A stretch of 47,582 bases of DNA from Mesotaenium endlicherianum. Taxonomy: Eukaryota. Location: positions 7,632-55,213 of the forward strand of contig WELA01000540.1 in assembly GCA_009602735.1 (NCBI GenBank), given 5' to 3'. The notes below the pieces were generated by a model. It ran no database searches, was not told the DNA's origin, and saw only the letters and a program-made list of their open reading frames with translations. Positions 12,769 through 24,578 of this stretch are shown here, piece after piece. The position numbers were made by a program, and so were the translations under genes. Numbering within the stretch: the stretch's first letter is position 1; each line of letters opens with the position of its first letter.

Positions 12769-15700
12769 TACACACATACACTCACTCTCTCTCACCCTTG
12801 CTCAGTCTCTGAGCATGCTGGCACTAGCAGTCAGCAGCAAGAGAGCTGGGGAGGAGTCCCAGCAGCAGCAGCACCAAAAGCAGCCGTAGCAGGAGCAGCA
12901 GCAGGGGCAGCAGCAGCAGCAGCAGGGAAGATCCACTAGCAGAAGAGGTACATTGAGATGTGGTGGTGGGACAAATTGTCCTCTGTGGAGAAGCTTATGT
13001 GTGTGCGCGCGTTCTCTTATGTATGTGTGGCTGCCGCCCCCCCCTGGCTGCAGGTGACTTTGCGCAACAAGTGGGCCACCCTTCCTCCGGCATCACCAAA
13101 GAGTGAGAGAACGACCCTGCACCCTTCTCCTCTCTGCTCCTCCCCTCCCTCCCCCCCCCCCTCTGTGTGTGTGTGCACGTGTGTGCATGTATGTCTGTGT
13201 GCGTATGTGTCTGCATGCGCAAGTGTGTGCGCGTGTGTGCATGTATGTCTATGTCTGTACAATTTCCCCCGTGGGCACGTGTAGCCTTGTGCATGTCACA
13301 TACCTTCCAGTCATGTGCTGTTGGCAAGCGGAGAAGCAAGCTAGATGATTGTTTGGAGGGGGGCCGTCACAGGAGCCCCCTTTCCCTCACCCCCTCACCC
13401 TACCGCCCCCCTCCCCTCCTCCCCCGGGGGTGGCTGTGCGTGACAAGCCAGCCGAGTCTCAGCCAGTTCTTGCTCCTTACGCGCGTACGCGGTCAGCGTG
13501 AGTGCGCATGCAGTGTGTGCATGCGTGCAAGCGGCGCGCGCGCGTGGGGGGGGGCGTGCATCTCATGCCCAATCTCATTGCTTGGCTGGTGCCTGCTGGG
13601 CTAGCAGCCGCCACCTGGACGTTATCTCTGGCAGGCTGGCTGGCTGGCTGGCTGGCAAGGCAAGGGCATGTGGACGCGCTCGCGCGCATGCACAGACACA
13701 AACACACACACACACACACATAGGGTGCACGCATGCACGCACGAATATGTAGTGCTCCTGCAGGCGTGCGCTCGCGCGCGCGCAGGTGTGCTCGCCTCTG
13801 CTCAAGCGCGTACATGTGTGCGCGCTCCTGCTCAAGCGCGTCTGAGCGCGCGCTCCTGCTCAAGCACGCGCGCGCGTACGCACTTGCGTGCCCCTGTAAT
13901 TGGACGCCAGCTGGCCCCAATGATGCGCCGCTACGTGGCTCCTCCGCATGCAGGTACGTTGTGACGGTGGAGGAGAGACCGAGCCGGCGACACCTGGCGG
14001 CGATGGCGGCCGGCACGGTGGTGGACGGCGTGAGGTGTGTCCCCGTGGAGGTGGGGGCCGTGGAGGAAGAGCCCGGGGAGAAGCACCACCGCATTCGCGT
14101 TGTCGTAAGAACTAAGCTCCTCCCTCCCCCCCCGTGGGACCTACAACACAAACCCTAAAACTCCTAAAACCTTAAACTCCCTATGGTCTGCAGGGCCTAC
14201 ATGGAAATGGGTGGCGACTCGACGGGACTCCGCCTCTTTCCTTGAGCGCCAGCGCATGCTCCAGCCTCCCATAGCCCGCGTGCACTTGCGCCCATACCTC
14301 TCCCCGAATGCCAGAGCCCACCAGTAGAAGCCTCGCAAGTTCTTTCTTACGCCCCGCGGAGGTTGCTCCTGAACCCAAAACCGAAAACCTAGAGGTCACT
14401 CATCTCCTCGAGAATAGTACAGCTTCCGGCTTCTGCATGCCCCCCCTCAACCACGCCCTTGGACCTTCACTCGCCGCACCCCTTTGTCTCGCTACCCGCC
14501 TGCCTGTTCCCAAACCCCCCCCAAGATGCATAAAGAGCTGTGCCAGTCTTCCCCAGCAGTCTTCCCCGGCCTCTTTCAGGGAGGTGGTTTCAACTTCTTT
14601 CAGGGAGGTTAAAGAGGAGTTGTTCGTGAAAAGGCCCTCAATTCTTGGAAACCCTATGCCCAAGGGGCACGCGGAGGAGAATCAAGAAGTGGGGCGCCAT
14701 GCAGCGTGCCGTGCTCATTCTTTGGGGATGTGTGCGGGGGCGCAGGTGAGCGAGGGGCGCAACAGAGAGGTGCGCCACATTGTTGAGACAGCTGGCCTCT
14801 CGGTGGGTGCCTCGGACCGCCGCCTCTCCTGCTCCAATCTCCTATCGTTGTTGGCACGCCTGGATTTCATTCCTTGGGCGGGTCGGGGTTCCAACCGGTT
14901 CCTAACACATGGCAACCGTAAATTATAATATAAAATATCGTGTTTAAGTGAATAATCTGTTGCATGTATCAGCTGAATCTTGATGGCTTAATGCCATTGC
15001 CGTTGGTTTTGCTTCGACCTTCTTATAGTAGGAATTTAGTGTCTCTAGTGTTCACCTTTCCTGTACCATTGCCTATTTGGCAAGTGATTCCAAACATGAC
15101 CCACTGAAATTAATAAGGACCCAGCCAAATTATTTTTCACTTCTCGTTACTCCATTTTGAAATCCTTTCTTTCTTTGTGCAATAAGAGCCACAACTTTCA
15201 TGTAAATGGTAAAGTAGCACTTCGCTACCTTTTTAAGTTGATGCTAGGTGTGGGGCCACAGCCGAAGATCTTCGAGTTGCATCAGTACAAGAAATAAACT
15301 TGGCCTTGGCTGCCCGTCTTGTCCCATTGGTTTCTTTTGCCCACATGCAGGTGCACTCTCTAAAGCGCGTCCGAATAGGTGGCCTTCGCATGTCTCGGAA
15401 ACTTGCGTAAGTCCTCTACCCTCTTTACGTGTTTTGCCTTTGGTGATTGCCTTTCTGATATTGCCCGAGGGCCTAGGCCCTTTGGACGGCCCTCATCGTA
15501 ATGTTTCAAAACAGTTGCACGGGGCTCATACCTTCTTTGCATGCACGGGCCTTTGCATGCACGGGGCTCATACCTTCTTCGCATGGTGTACTACTCGTAA
15601 ATTGTGATTAGGCTTTTCGATGTTGTCTGCAACCCAATTGTGGTGCTTAATTGGCTAACGTTTTAGGTTGTGTTCTTTTTCTTTTTCTTTTTCTTTTTTG

Positions 15701-15845
15701 CCTCCAACCTGTTGTAACTTCGACTTATCATGCACAAGAGGAAGCTTGACGTGACGTATCTTATATCGTGGTGTTTGTTGGCAGTGTGGGGAAATATCAA
15801 GCACTCACTGAGGTGGAAATTAAGAAAATGTTGAATCTGAATTGA
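7092..15845 (+). CDS. SVR1: Plastid rRNA pseudouridine synthase, RsuA/RluB family with S4 domain (SVR1-like), 10 exons, about 568 aa if ATG 7092 is used
   Basis: Exons 7092-8076, 9041-9120, 10884-10984, 11922-11994, 12420-12513, 13054-13102, 13954-14104, 14746-14802, 15351-15406, 15785-15845; 1707 nt in frame to TGA. Motifs ERLSKVLAAAGVASRR (S4), YFILNKPKGYICS, RLFTVGRLDVATTGLLLVTNDG (catalytic Asp), HPSSGITKEY, EGRNREVR, LKRVRIGG. Start codon uncertain. Confidence 0.92.
9636..9770 (+). repeat. G-run-rich degenerate TTAGGG-like tract (G-quadruplex-capable) in SVR1 intron 2
   Basis: Many closely spaced GGG+ runs; TTAGGG at 9672, 9690 and 9750. Confidence 0.6.
10691..10870 (+). repeat. 28-bp minisatellite (CTTGATTGCTTGCCTGGGCTTGCCTGGG, about 6 copies) just upstream of the SVR1 exon 3 acceptor
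   Basis: Units start at 10711, 10739, 10767, 10795 and 10823. Confidence 0.85.
11005..11130. repeat. (TA)-rich degenerate microsatellite
   Basis: tatatataatgtatagtatagtatataatataatatatagtat... Confidence 0.85.
11605..11815. repeat. (CA)/(CG)/(CATG) alternating purine-pyrimidine compound microsatellite; similar tracts occur in many introns
   Basis: acacacacatacacacacac...gcacgcacgcac. Similar tracts at about 10190-10400, 19470-19690, 23530-23620, 34480-34820, 38410-38620, 40710-40830. Confidence 0.85.
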
Positions 15846-17354
15846 AGAGGTTATGGCTTGGTCATTTTGGGCCTTGGTAATACTACCTTGGTCTTGAAAT
15901 ATACCGTATTTACTTTTCGCGGGCATAGTGACCTCGACTTCGAGATGTACTTGCACTTCTATAAGAAATTTGGTTGTCGGGTTTTGTGGACATAGAACTT
16001 GTTCGGTGGATATGCACTGAATAGTCTTGTTGTTGGTAATTATTGTACATTGTTGTTATGATGCATTTACGCTATCATTACCATCTCACATTGGTTGGCA
16101 TGTGCCTTTGTTAGACTAGGTGCAATTTACATGCAAGGATGAGGACATTAGTTTTTGACGGTTTTGCTTGAAGCATGCTGCTCATTTCGAAGACTCCGCA
16201 TACAGCTGCCTGCCATATCGACTAACGTGACCTCCTCAAAAACATGCTCGTTAGTAATATTTGTCATAAAAGTTGCTATGAAGCTACTCATGCATGCACG
16301 TGTCATCTGGGTAATAATCATAAGTCCCTTACCAAGGACTTGGCCGCGCTTCGGTTTTGAGTGTTCATGAGTACGGGAGTTGAACAATGGAGCCACTTCA
16401 GAGGAAAAATCTAGCGACTGATAATCGGTGGGCAACGTTTAAATTGATGCGTAATGGAGATCACTATTTCATGCAAACTTCATGCCAGGATATCTCTGAA
16501 CTTGTTTAGAGGAGCTTATAAAGAGCGGCATAGAGCAACATGGAGTTGGAACTTGGGAATGGCGCCGTGCCCCCTTCCCGACGCGAAAGGACGCAGCTCG
16601 CGCATCAGCGGGGAAAGACGGACCAAGAAGGTAATACTCTGTTGCCGTACTCTAAACCACCGGCTGTCATGCCTGGAGGGCAAGCCACGCATTGCAGGCT
16701 CTCCCGTCAGGTGCATACCATGTCAGACCATGTCACGTCATGTCATGGCATGTCATGGCATCTTCTTTTTGTCCGTCACATGTGACGGAAGGTAACGTGG
16801 GAGGTGCATGGAGCGGGCTGCGGCCGACCTGGACCGGGAGATTCGGCGGACCAACATCAGCTGAATGTGGAGTACACGTTAGACGCGGCGAATTGCCAGG
16901 TCTAAATGTGCTGGATTACGTCAACACTAGTCAACTTAGTGTCACGATCCAATTAGAATCAATTAGGTGCAAGTAGGAGGGCTGTTAAGGGCCGTTAGAA
17001 GTCGAGCAACTAACAGCCAGGCGTTGCTACGACCGTCGCTGGTTATTGTTAGCAGACGCTTGGCAGCGAGCTGTTATCGTGGTCTTTAAGCATACAAGAC
17101 CTTATCTACTTGTTTATACAACTTAGTTGCTGAAGAAAAGAAACGTCGTTGAAGTCAGAGATAGCATAAAGATAGTGAAACCAGTAATCCCCACTAGATT
17201 GTATCCAGGAGCTTCACGTTCTATATACATGCATGTTTGATTGAGTGTCCTTGCTTAATCCTGCTCTCGTATTTTCAAAGAGTTTATAATCTTTCTCTCG
17301 TAGGTTCTTTTACGATTCTGTAGTCTGATAGCATACGTTTGATGCTCAGAGACG

Positions 17355-20060
17355 ATGGCGCTAATTCAAAAAAGACTGCTCAGCGCCCTATGTAATAACT
17401 CAAGAGTCCTCAGCCCCTCAGCTTCAGGTATTCTAGCTTCCAGGGAAAGTGGAAACAGGAGAGGTTATAGGTCGGTTGTCCATGGATCAGTACCTGCAAC
17501 CTCTGAAAGCAGGGACTCCAGCGTCCCTGCCTCAAACGAGCTCATGGACATGGAGGAGAAGTACAGCGCCCACAAGTAAGCTGACTCACCCTCTTTGAAT
17601 CGGAGACTTGTGACTCATGGTGGAAGGGGGCCTTGCTTCAGTGTTGCTTTAAGGAATGGAGCATGTACTTTGAGGCATGTACTTGAAGGCGCCTGCTTTG
17701 ATCATGCCCTGACATAGCGGGGGCAAGGCTTATTAGTCCAGCTCGTATAGGATCCCACCTTCTTGCTATTTGCCTTGGCTGTTTAGAGCTCTCAATGGAG
17801 GACATTCTTCTCCAACTGCTGCCATTCGCAAGGTGTCGCTAAGTTTTACGTGCAAGTTTCGAGCTTATTTTGCTCTCGCTTGAGCACAAGTCGTTTTGCT
17901 TTCGCATCAGAGCAGGCCAAGCTTCTTGTCATCCGCTAAACCCTGTGCAGAGCAATGACTCGTTAGATCCTCTCTTGTTCGTTCGGCGAGACGCCAGCTA
18001 GCTTTCTAGTTAACACCGTGAGCTGTGTCTACTTTCTATCCTGGTGTGTGTGTTGGTCTGTGTGTTGTTTCCTCTCTTTCCTCTTCGCTGCGGTGCAGCT
18101 ATCATCCCCTTCCCGTGGTCTATGCGCGCGCCAAAGACGTGAATGTCTGGGATCCGGAAGGCCACCATTACCTGGACTTCCTCAGCGCCTACTCTGCTGT
18201 GAACCAGGTACCCCCTCTCCCTCATGCCTTCCAGAACCAAATACATCTTTCTGCTTCTTTCTCCTTTTTCTTTTCTTTCCTTTTCGTTTTAGGATATGCA
18301 AAAAAATATCTTGGAAGTGTACCTCATGCCACTGATGACTGGGCTCCACCTCTTCTCTTCAGAACTACCTCGGCTTTACATGGAGTGTTATTAGGGCATG
18401 TGTTAAGAGGTTAGCTCGCTCCGCATAAAACCTCTTCCACTCCTATAACCTCTTCCATTTTTATGGCCTCTTCCATTTCAAGAGGTCCATGGGATTTTGT
18501 GTGTTTCCTTTTCATGTATAAGCTGTAATTCTCGAGCTGGCGCTCGCGTGCTACTTCCACTGTCCCTTGCTTCACGCTAGAACGATAGCTTGACGTAGGG
18601 AGGACTTGCACTTCGCAGTGCAGTGTAGTCCTTTCTAGTCTGAAGAATCTGTTCAACCTGCGTCAGGTGCCAGGAGCTGAAAGTTGGTGGCACATTTTGG
18701 AGCACGTTCGTTCGTATCGTGGGATTCAGAGACTAGCTGCAAGAGCGTTCGCTGTGTGCGACGTTTCCTTCTTTGTGGATAACTAGGTGAAGGGCTCAGT
18801 GATGTCTAGGCATACTGAAGTGAAGGGTTCAAGAAGGTCTGCTCAGTCGTGCGAAGGGCTTATGTAGGTCTGCTTAGAAAAATGAGCAGGGTTTAAGAAG
18901 TCAGCAGGCGTTCCTGGCCCGAGGAAGGAAGCTCTCACAAACCCCCTGGAGCTTGTTCTGCTGGAGCCAGAAGCCGAAGGGAGCGGCTTTAAATGCATGG
19001 ACTGTGCTCCCTCTCCAAAGGTTTTGAGCAAAAATCACTTCTTGGCGAGGGAGGAGGGCGGATTGGCTTCACACATTCATTCGCATGTATTTGTACACAT
19101 ACATACATGTACATATTAACAACATTGCTACCCATAGTGGGGAGGGCTCTTCAGTAGGGAGAGCCGATAGCTGGAGAGGAATGGAGTGGCCCTGAGCTGC
19201 CCCTTTGCCCCGAGCTCGGCTCTCAGTTCATAATAAAGTGGTCAAATTAAGAGTCGATAGGGCACGCTCAGTTGGGGGGCAGCTGGCACGCCGTTGTGGA
19301 GACAGCTGGCACGCTGTCGCAAGGGCAGCTGGCAGGGCCGTCCTTGTAAGCTGGCATGCGTGCGGAGCTTGGCTGGCCTGCGCCTCTCGGTTTTTAGCAG
19401 GCACCCTCTCCTTGTGAACTCTCTCTCCCCCTGAAATTACCCTCCCCGTGACTTCCCCCCTCGTCCCGTGTGTCTGTGCATGCATGCATGCATGCATCTG
19501 TGCTCGCTTGCTAGTGTGCATGCGTGACTGATGACGCGTACGAGCAAGAGCACCCGCACCCAAGGATCATCGAGGGGGGGTGTGCATGTGCGTGCATGCA
19601 TGCATGGGTGACTGATGCGTGACCAATGCATGCGTGCATGCGTGCGCGTGCGCGTTCTGGTGTGCGCTTTTGGTGCGTGCATGCGTACAGGGCCACTCGC
19701 ACCCGCGCATCATCGACGCGCTGGTGGACCAGGCGCACAAGTGCACGCTCAGCTCGCGCGCGTTCCACAATGACAAGCTGCCGCAGTTTGCGCGCATGCT
19801 GTCGCAGCTGTTCGGGTACGACATGATGCTGCCCATGAACACGGGCGCGGAGGGCGTGGAGACGGCGCTCAAGCTGGCGCGCAAGTGGGGCTACCAGAGG
19901 AAGGGCATCCCGCAGGACGAGGTGGGGTTCTTTCTGCTGTGAGCAGCCAGTCTTGCGCGTGCGCGCGCTTCCTTCTGTCCTCTGTCCCTCTGGCTCTCTC
20001 TCTGTATATGTGTGCCTGTTTGGAGGGAGGGGGGAGGTGAGGGGAGCTCTCTCTCTCTCA

Positions 20061-20095
<35 letters not shown>

Positions 20096-22769
20096 TGTGT
20101 GTGTTTGAGGTCCGTTTTTCTTCTCCGATTGAAGTGGGGGAGGCAGGGGCGCGACTGGGCCTGAGGGAGAAGGGAGCTGAAGCTGCAGGGGTCAAGGAGA
20201 GCCTGCAGGGCCTAGTTCAAGAGCAGTATCTGTCGATTATACCTCTCACGTTGTAGAGCTACCTTTGTTCCATCTGAATTCTAGAGACGATCCTCATCTG
20301 ACAAGCCAGGGGGCCCCGGGCTTCAGACAGGAGCGTGCTCTCTTGCATGACCAGTGCCCCCACCCTCCCAATCCCCGCCCGCCCGACCCCTTGGGGGCGC
20401 ACGTACTTGTGGCACCTGTCACGCTGCGGGACTCCTCCCTGCCCCTCCGCTCTCCTTGGATGAGGGGCTGTCTGTATATCGCTTGTCCGTTGCCTGATGT
20501 GCGCGCTTGCTCGCCTGTGCGTTCTTTGCTCGCTGCATGTATTCTCGTCGTTTCCTGCTGCGGGCCTCACCCTCTCTTTCCGCCCGTCTTTCTCTGCGGT
20601 GCCTTGCGCGTGCGTGTGCGCTCGCGCGTGCTCTTCTAGCGTGCTTGCTCGCCTGCCCGCTGCAAGCGCTCGCTCATCACCTCGTCCTGCGGGCCTAACT
20701 CTTTGCCTGTCTGTCTCTCCATGCGGCTCCTGGGCGAGGTCTTTCTTGCTCTCCCGCTCTTTCCCTCACCCTCTCACTCACGTGCTTGCCCCCTCGCCCG
20801 CTTGCTCTCCTCCCAGAAGCTCGTCCTCTCGTGCTGCGGGCCTAACGCTCTGCCTGTCTGTCTCTTCGTGCGATACCTGGCGCGCTCTCCCTTTCTTCTG
20901 CTCCTGGGCTCACCTTACAGGCGCTCATCATCTCGTGCTGCGGGTGCTTCCACGGGAGGACCATGGCCGCCATCTCCATGAGCTGCGACAACGACGCCAC
21001 GCGCGGCTTCTCGCCCCTCGTCGCAGGCAACCTCAAGGTCGACTTTGGCGACGCCGACGCCCTCGCCAAGCTCCTCCAAGGTCCCGTTCGCATTCCTGTT
21101 TACACACGCCTGCACCCAGACCCACGTTCCCTGTCCACCCTCACACACACACACGCGCACACAAACACACACGCACACACTCCTGTCAGCCTGCCTCTCT
21201 CCGTGACGCCTGCCGTTGCAGCCGTCTATCTGCCTGTCTGCTCGCTGCCTCTCTCTCCCCTCCCCCCCCCNNNNNNNNNNNNNNNNNNNNNNNNNNNNNN
21301 NNNNNNNNNNNNNNNNNNNNNNNNNNNNNNNNNNNNNNNNNNNNNNNNNNNNNNNNNNNNNNNNNNNNNNNNNNNNNNNNNNNNNNNNNNNNNNNNNNNN
21401 NNNNNNNNNNNNNNNNNNNNNNNNNNNNNNNNNNNNNNNNNNNNNNNNNNNNNNNNNNNNNNNNNNNNNNNNNNNNNNNNNNNNNNNNNNNNNNNNNNNN
21501 NNNNNNNNNNNNNNNNNNNNNNNNNNNNNNNNNNNNNNNNNNNNNNNNNNNNNNNNNNNNNNNNNNNNNNNNNNNNNNNNNNNNNNNNNNNNNNNNNNNN
21601 NNNNNNNNNNNNNNNNNNNNNNNNNNNNNNNNNNNNNNNNNNNNNNNNNNNNNNNNNNNNNNNNNNNNNNNNNNNNNNNNNNNNNNNNNNNNNNNNNNNN
21701 NNNNNNNNNNNNNNNNNNNNNNNNNNNNNNNNNNNNNNNNNNNNNNNNNNNNNNNNCCCCCCCCCCCCCCCCCCCGAGGCCTTTTGCCCATCTGCCGGCC
21801 TGCCTGCTTGCCTGCATGCCACGCCATTCCCAGTAACACAGAGCTGTTTCTGTCTCCACCCTCAAGCTCCCTCTCCAATTTCGGAACTTTAAACCTTTTT
21901 GTCAGTTCCATCTGAAGCTCACGCCCCTCCTCTCCTAGACCCTCTCCCTGGTCCCTCCTGCTCCCTGTTATCCCCCGGTTCTCCCTGCACCGCACTCCCC
22001 CCCTCCCCTTGCACGCGCTCTGCCTTTGCACGCGGTCCTCGGCATTCACGGGGAAGCGACGCCGACCCTTCGGCTCCCCCCCTTCCTTTCCTGCATGCTG
22101 GGAGTGAGTTTATTTTTCCCCTCTGAAGCTATCCGCTGAGAGCTTGAATCGGTGTCTCTGTCTCTCTGACGTTGTCTGCCCGATCTGGTCTCTTGCTAAT
22201 GCCTTGCAACGCCATCCTCGTTTGCTTCTTCACCCCTGATGTGCCTGGTGCCTTTCTCTAGCGCCTCTTACCGTCTCTCCTGTTTGCTTCCATGGCTTGT
22301 CTGCATATGTGTGCGTGTGTGTGTGCCGTGCTGTCTTGTAACAGAGCACGGCCCGCGGGTGGCGGGGTTCATATTCGAGCCCATCCAAGGAGAGGCCGGG
22401 GTGAGTCACTCTCTGCCTTGCCTATCTGCCTGTCCTGCCCTGTCTTCCTGTTTGCCCACCCTCCCCCTTTTGTTCCATGCTGGCTTGCTCTTTGCTGCAT
22501 CTTCTGATGTCTCCGGCGTCAGTTGCAGTACAGAACCTTCCCCGTAGTTCCTTCTCCCGCCGTTGGCTCCCTTTCTCTCTCCCTTCCAACCTGACTCTCT
22601 CAGGTGCTGCTTGTGCTGCTGCAGCCTCCCCTGCTGCTGCCTTCCCGTGAGTGCCGCTGCTGCTCTTCTCGCTGCTGCTGAAGTCCTCGACTCCTCCTCC
22701 TCCTCCTCCTCCTCTTGCTGCTGCTGCTGCTGATGCTCCTCCTCCTGCTCATCATCATCATTATCATCC

Positions 22770-22800
<31 letters not shown>

Positions 22801-24530
22801 CGACAGGTGGTCCTCCCGCCCGAGGGGTACCTGCAGCGCGTGCGCGAGCTGTGCACGCAGCACAACGTGCTCATGATCGCGGACGAGATCCAGACGGGCA
22901 TCGCGCGCACGGGCCGCATGCTCGCCTGCGACTGGGAGGGCGTACGCCCCGACGCCGTGGTAGGTCGCCGTTCTTTTTCTTGGTCGCTGTTAGCCACGGC
23001 CAGCCCCTTGCCTGCTGCCAACCCTGCTCCCCCCTCCCCTGATGATTCCACCTGTCCCTCTCTCGCTCCCTTCTCAGTGTTCTTGTGTTTCTTGTTTACT
23101 TGGTTTTGTTGCCTGGATGCGAGTGGGAGTGCTTGTCTATTTGTGTGCCTGTGTGCATAAGGTGGTAAGGCTTTGTGTTACACACATTAACACACGCGCA
23201 CGCACGCACGCATGCACGCACACTCATAGAGTAAGTGTACTCTCTCTCACACGCACACACACACACAAACACGCATCCTTTGACCTGGTGTCATAGTTGC
23301 ATTGCATTGTGGGCAGGGGTGCATTTGATGTGCAGATGCATCTTGGGAGGAACGACCCACAGGGGGGTGAGGGGGGTGAGGGAGGGAGGAGGGGAATGAA
23401 TGTGGGGGCGGGGAGAGGGGCGGAGAGAGGAATGCCTGCTTGCCAGCAGTGCTCATAGCGTGCATAGCAGAGGCTTCTCAGTGCTCACCACACGCGCATC
23501 CTTGCTACGTTTCTATTCTTATTCTTCTCTGCGTGTGTGTGTGCGTGGGTGTGCGTGTGCGTGCGTGTATGTGTGCGTGCGTGTGAGTGAATGCGTGTGT
23601 GCGTGGGTATGCGTGCATGTGCAGATTCTGGGCAAGGCTCTGGGAGGAGGGGTGCTGCCCGTGAGTGTGGTGCTGGCGGACAAGGACGTCATGCTCTGCA
23701 TCCAGCCCGGTGAACATGGCAGGTGCGTACGCGCACGCGCTCATGTGTGTCTGTGCGTGTGAGCGTGTGTGCGTGTGTGTGCGCTTGTGCTCTTGTGCTG
23801 TCTGTCTTTGCCCGTCCCTCTCTTTCTCACTCAAACTCCCACCCACCTCCTTCTCTCGCCCCCTCTCTCGCCCACCCTCCCTTCCTCTCCTCGTGTACAA
23901 GTGCGCGAATGCACACGTGTGTGAGTGTGTAGTGTGTGTGAACAAGTGTGCCTTTGCAGCACGGGTGAAGTTGAGAACCCCCTGTGCTCCTGTGCTCCTG
24001 TGCCCCTGCGCCCCTGAGGTACTTTATGCATGAGGTTGAAACAAGCAAATACACGTGGAGACAGAGTGCGTGGTCTGGCACAAAGCTACCAGAGTGGCCG
24101 AGCAGGCTCCTTCAAGCAGAAGCAGTTACTGAGGGGCAGGAGTGGAGCAGGGGGATTTCCGGGCAGCCTTATTGCTCTACCTGTGCCCTCCCACCCTCGC
24201 TCTCCTGCCCCGGTCTTTCTCCCTTGCATTTGCTCTTCTTTCCTCCCTTCTCGCTTGCCTCTCCTCTCTTCTCACACTCCCCTTCTTTCCCCGCTCTCTT
24301 CCCCCTTCTCACTCGTCTCACTGTCTTTCTCTCTCCTCTTCTCTTCTCTTCTCACTCTTTGCTTTTCTCTAAGCCCTCCTCATTCTCCTGTGTTCCCCTC
24401 TCTGACGCTCTCACGTCTGCATTCTGTGTGTGTCTGTGCAGCACGTTCGGCGGCAACCCGCTGGGGTGCGCGGTGGCCATGGCGTCGCTCGAGGTCGTAC
24501 GCGACGAGAAGCTGGCCGAGAGGTTTGTTT

Positions 24531-24578
<48 letters not shown>

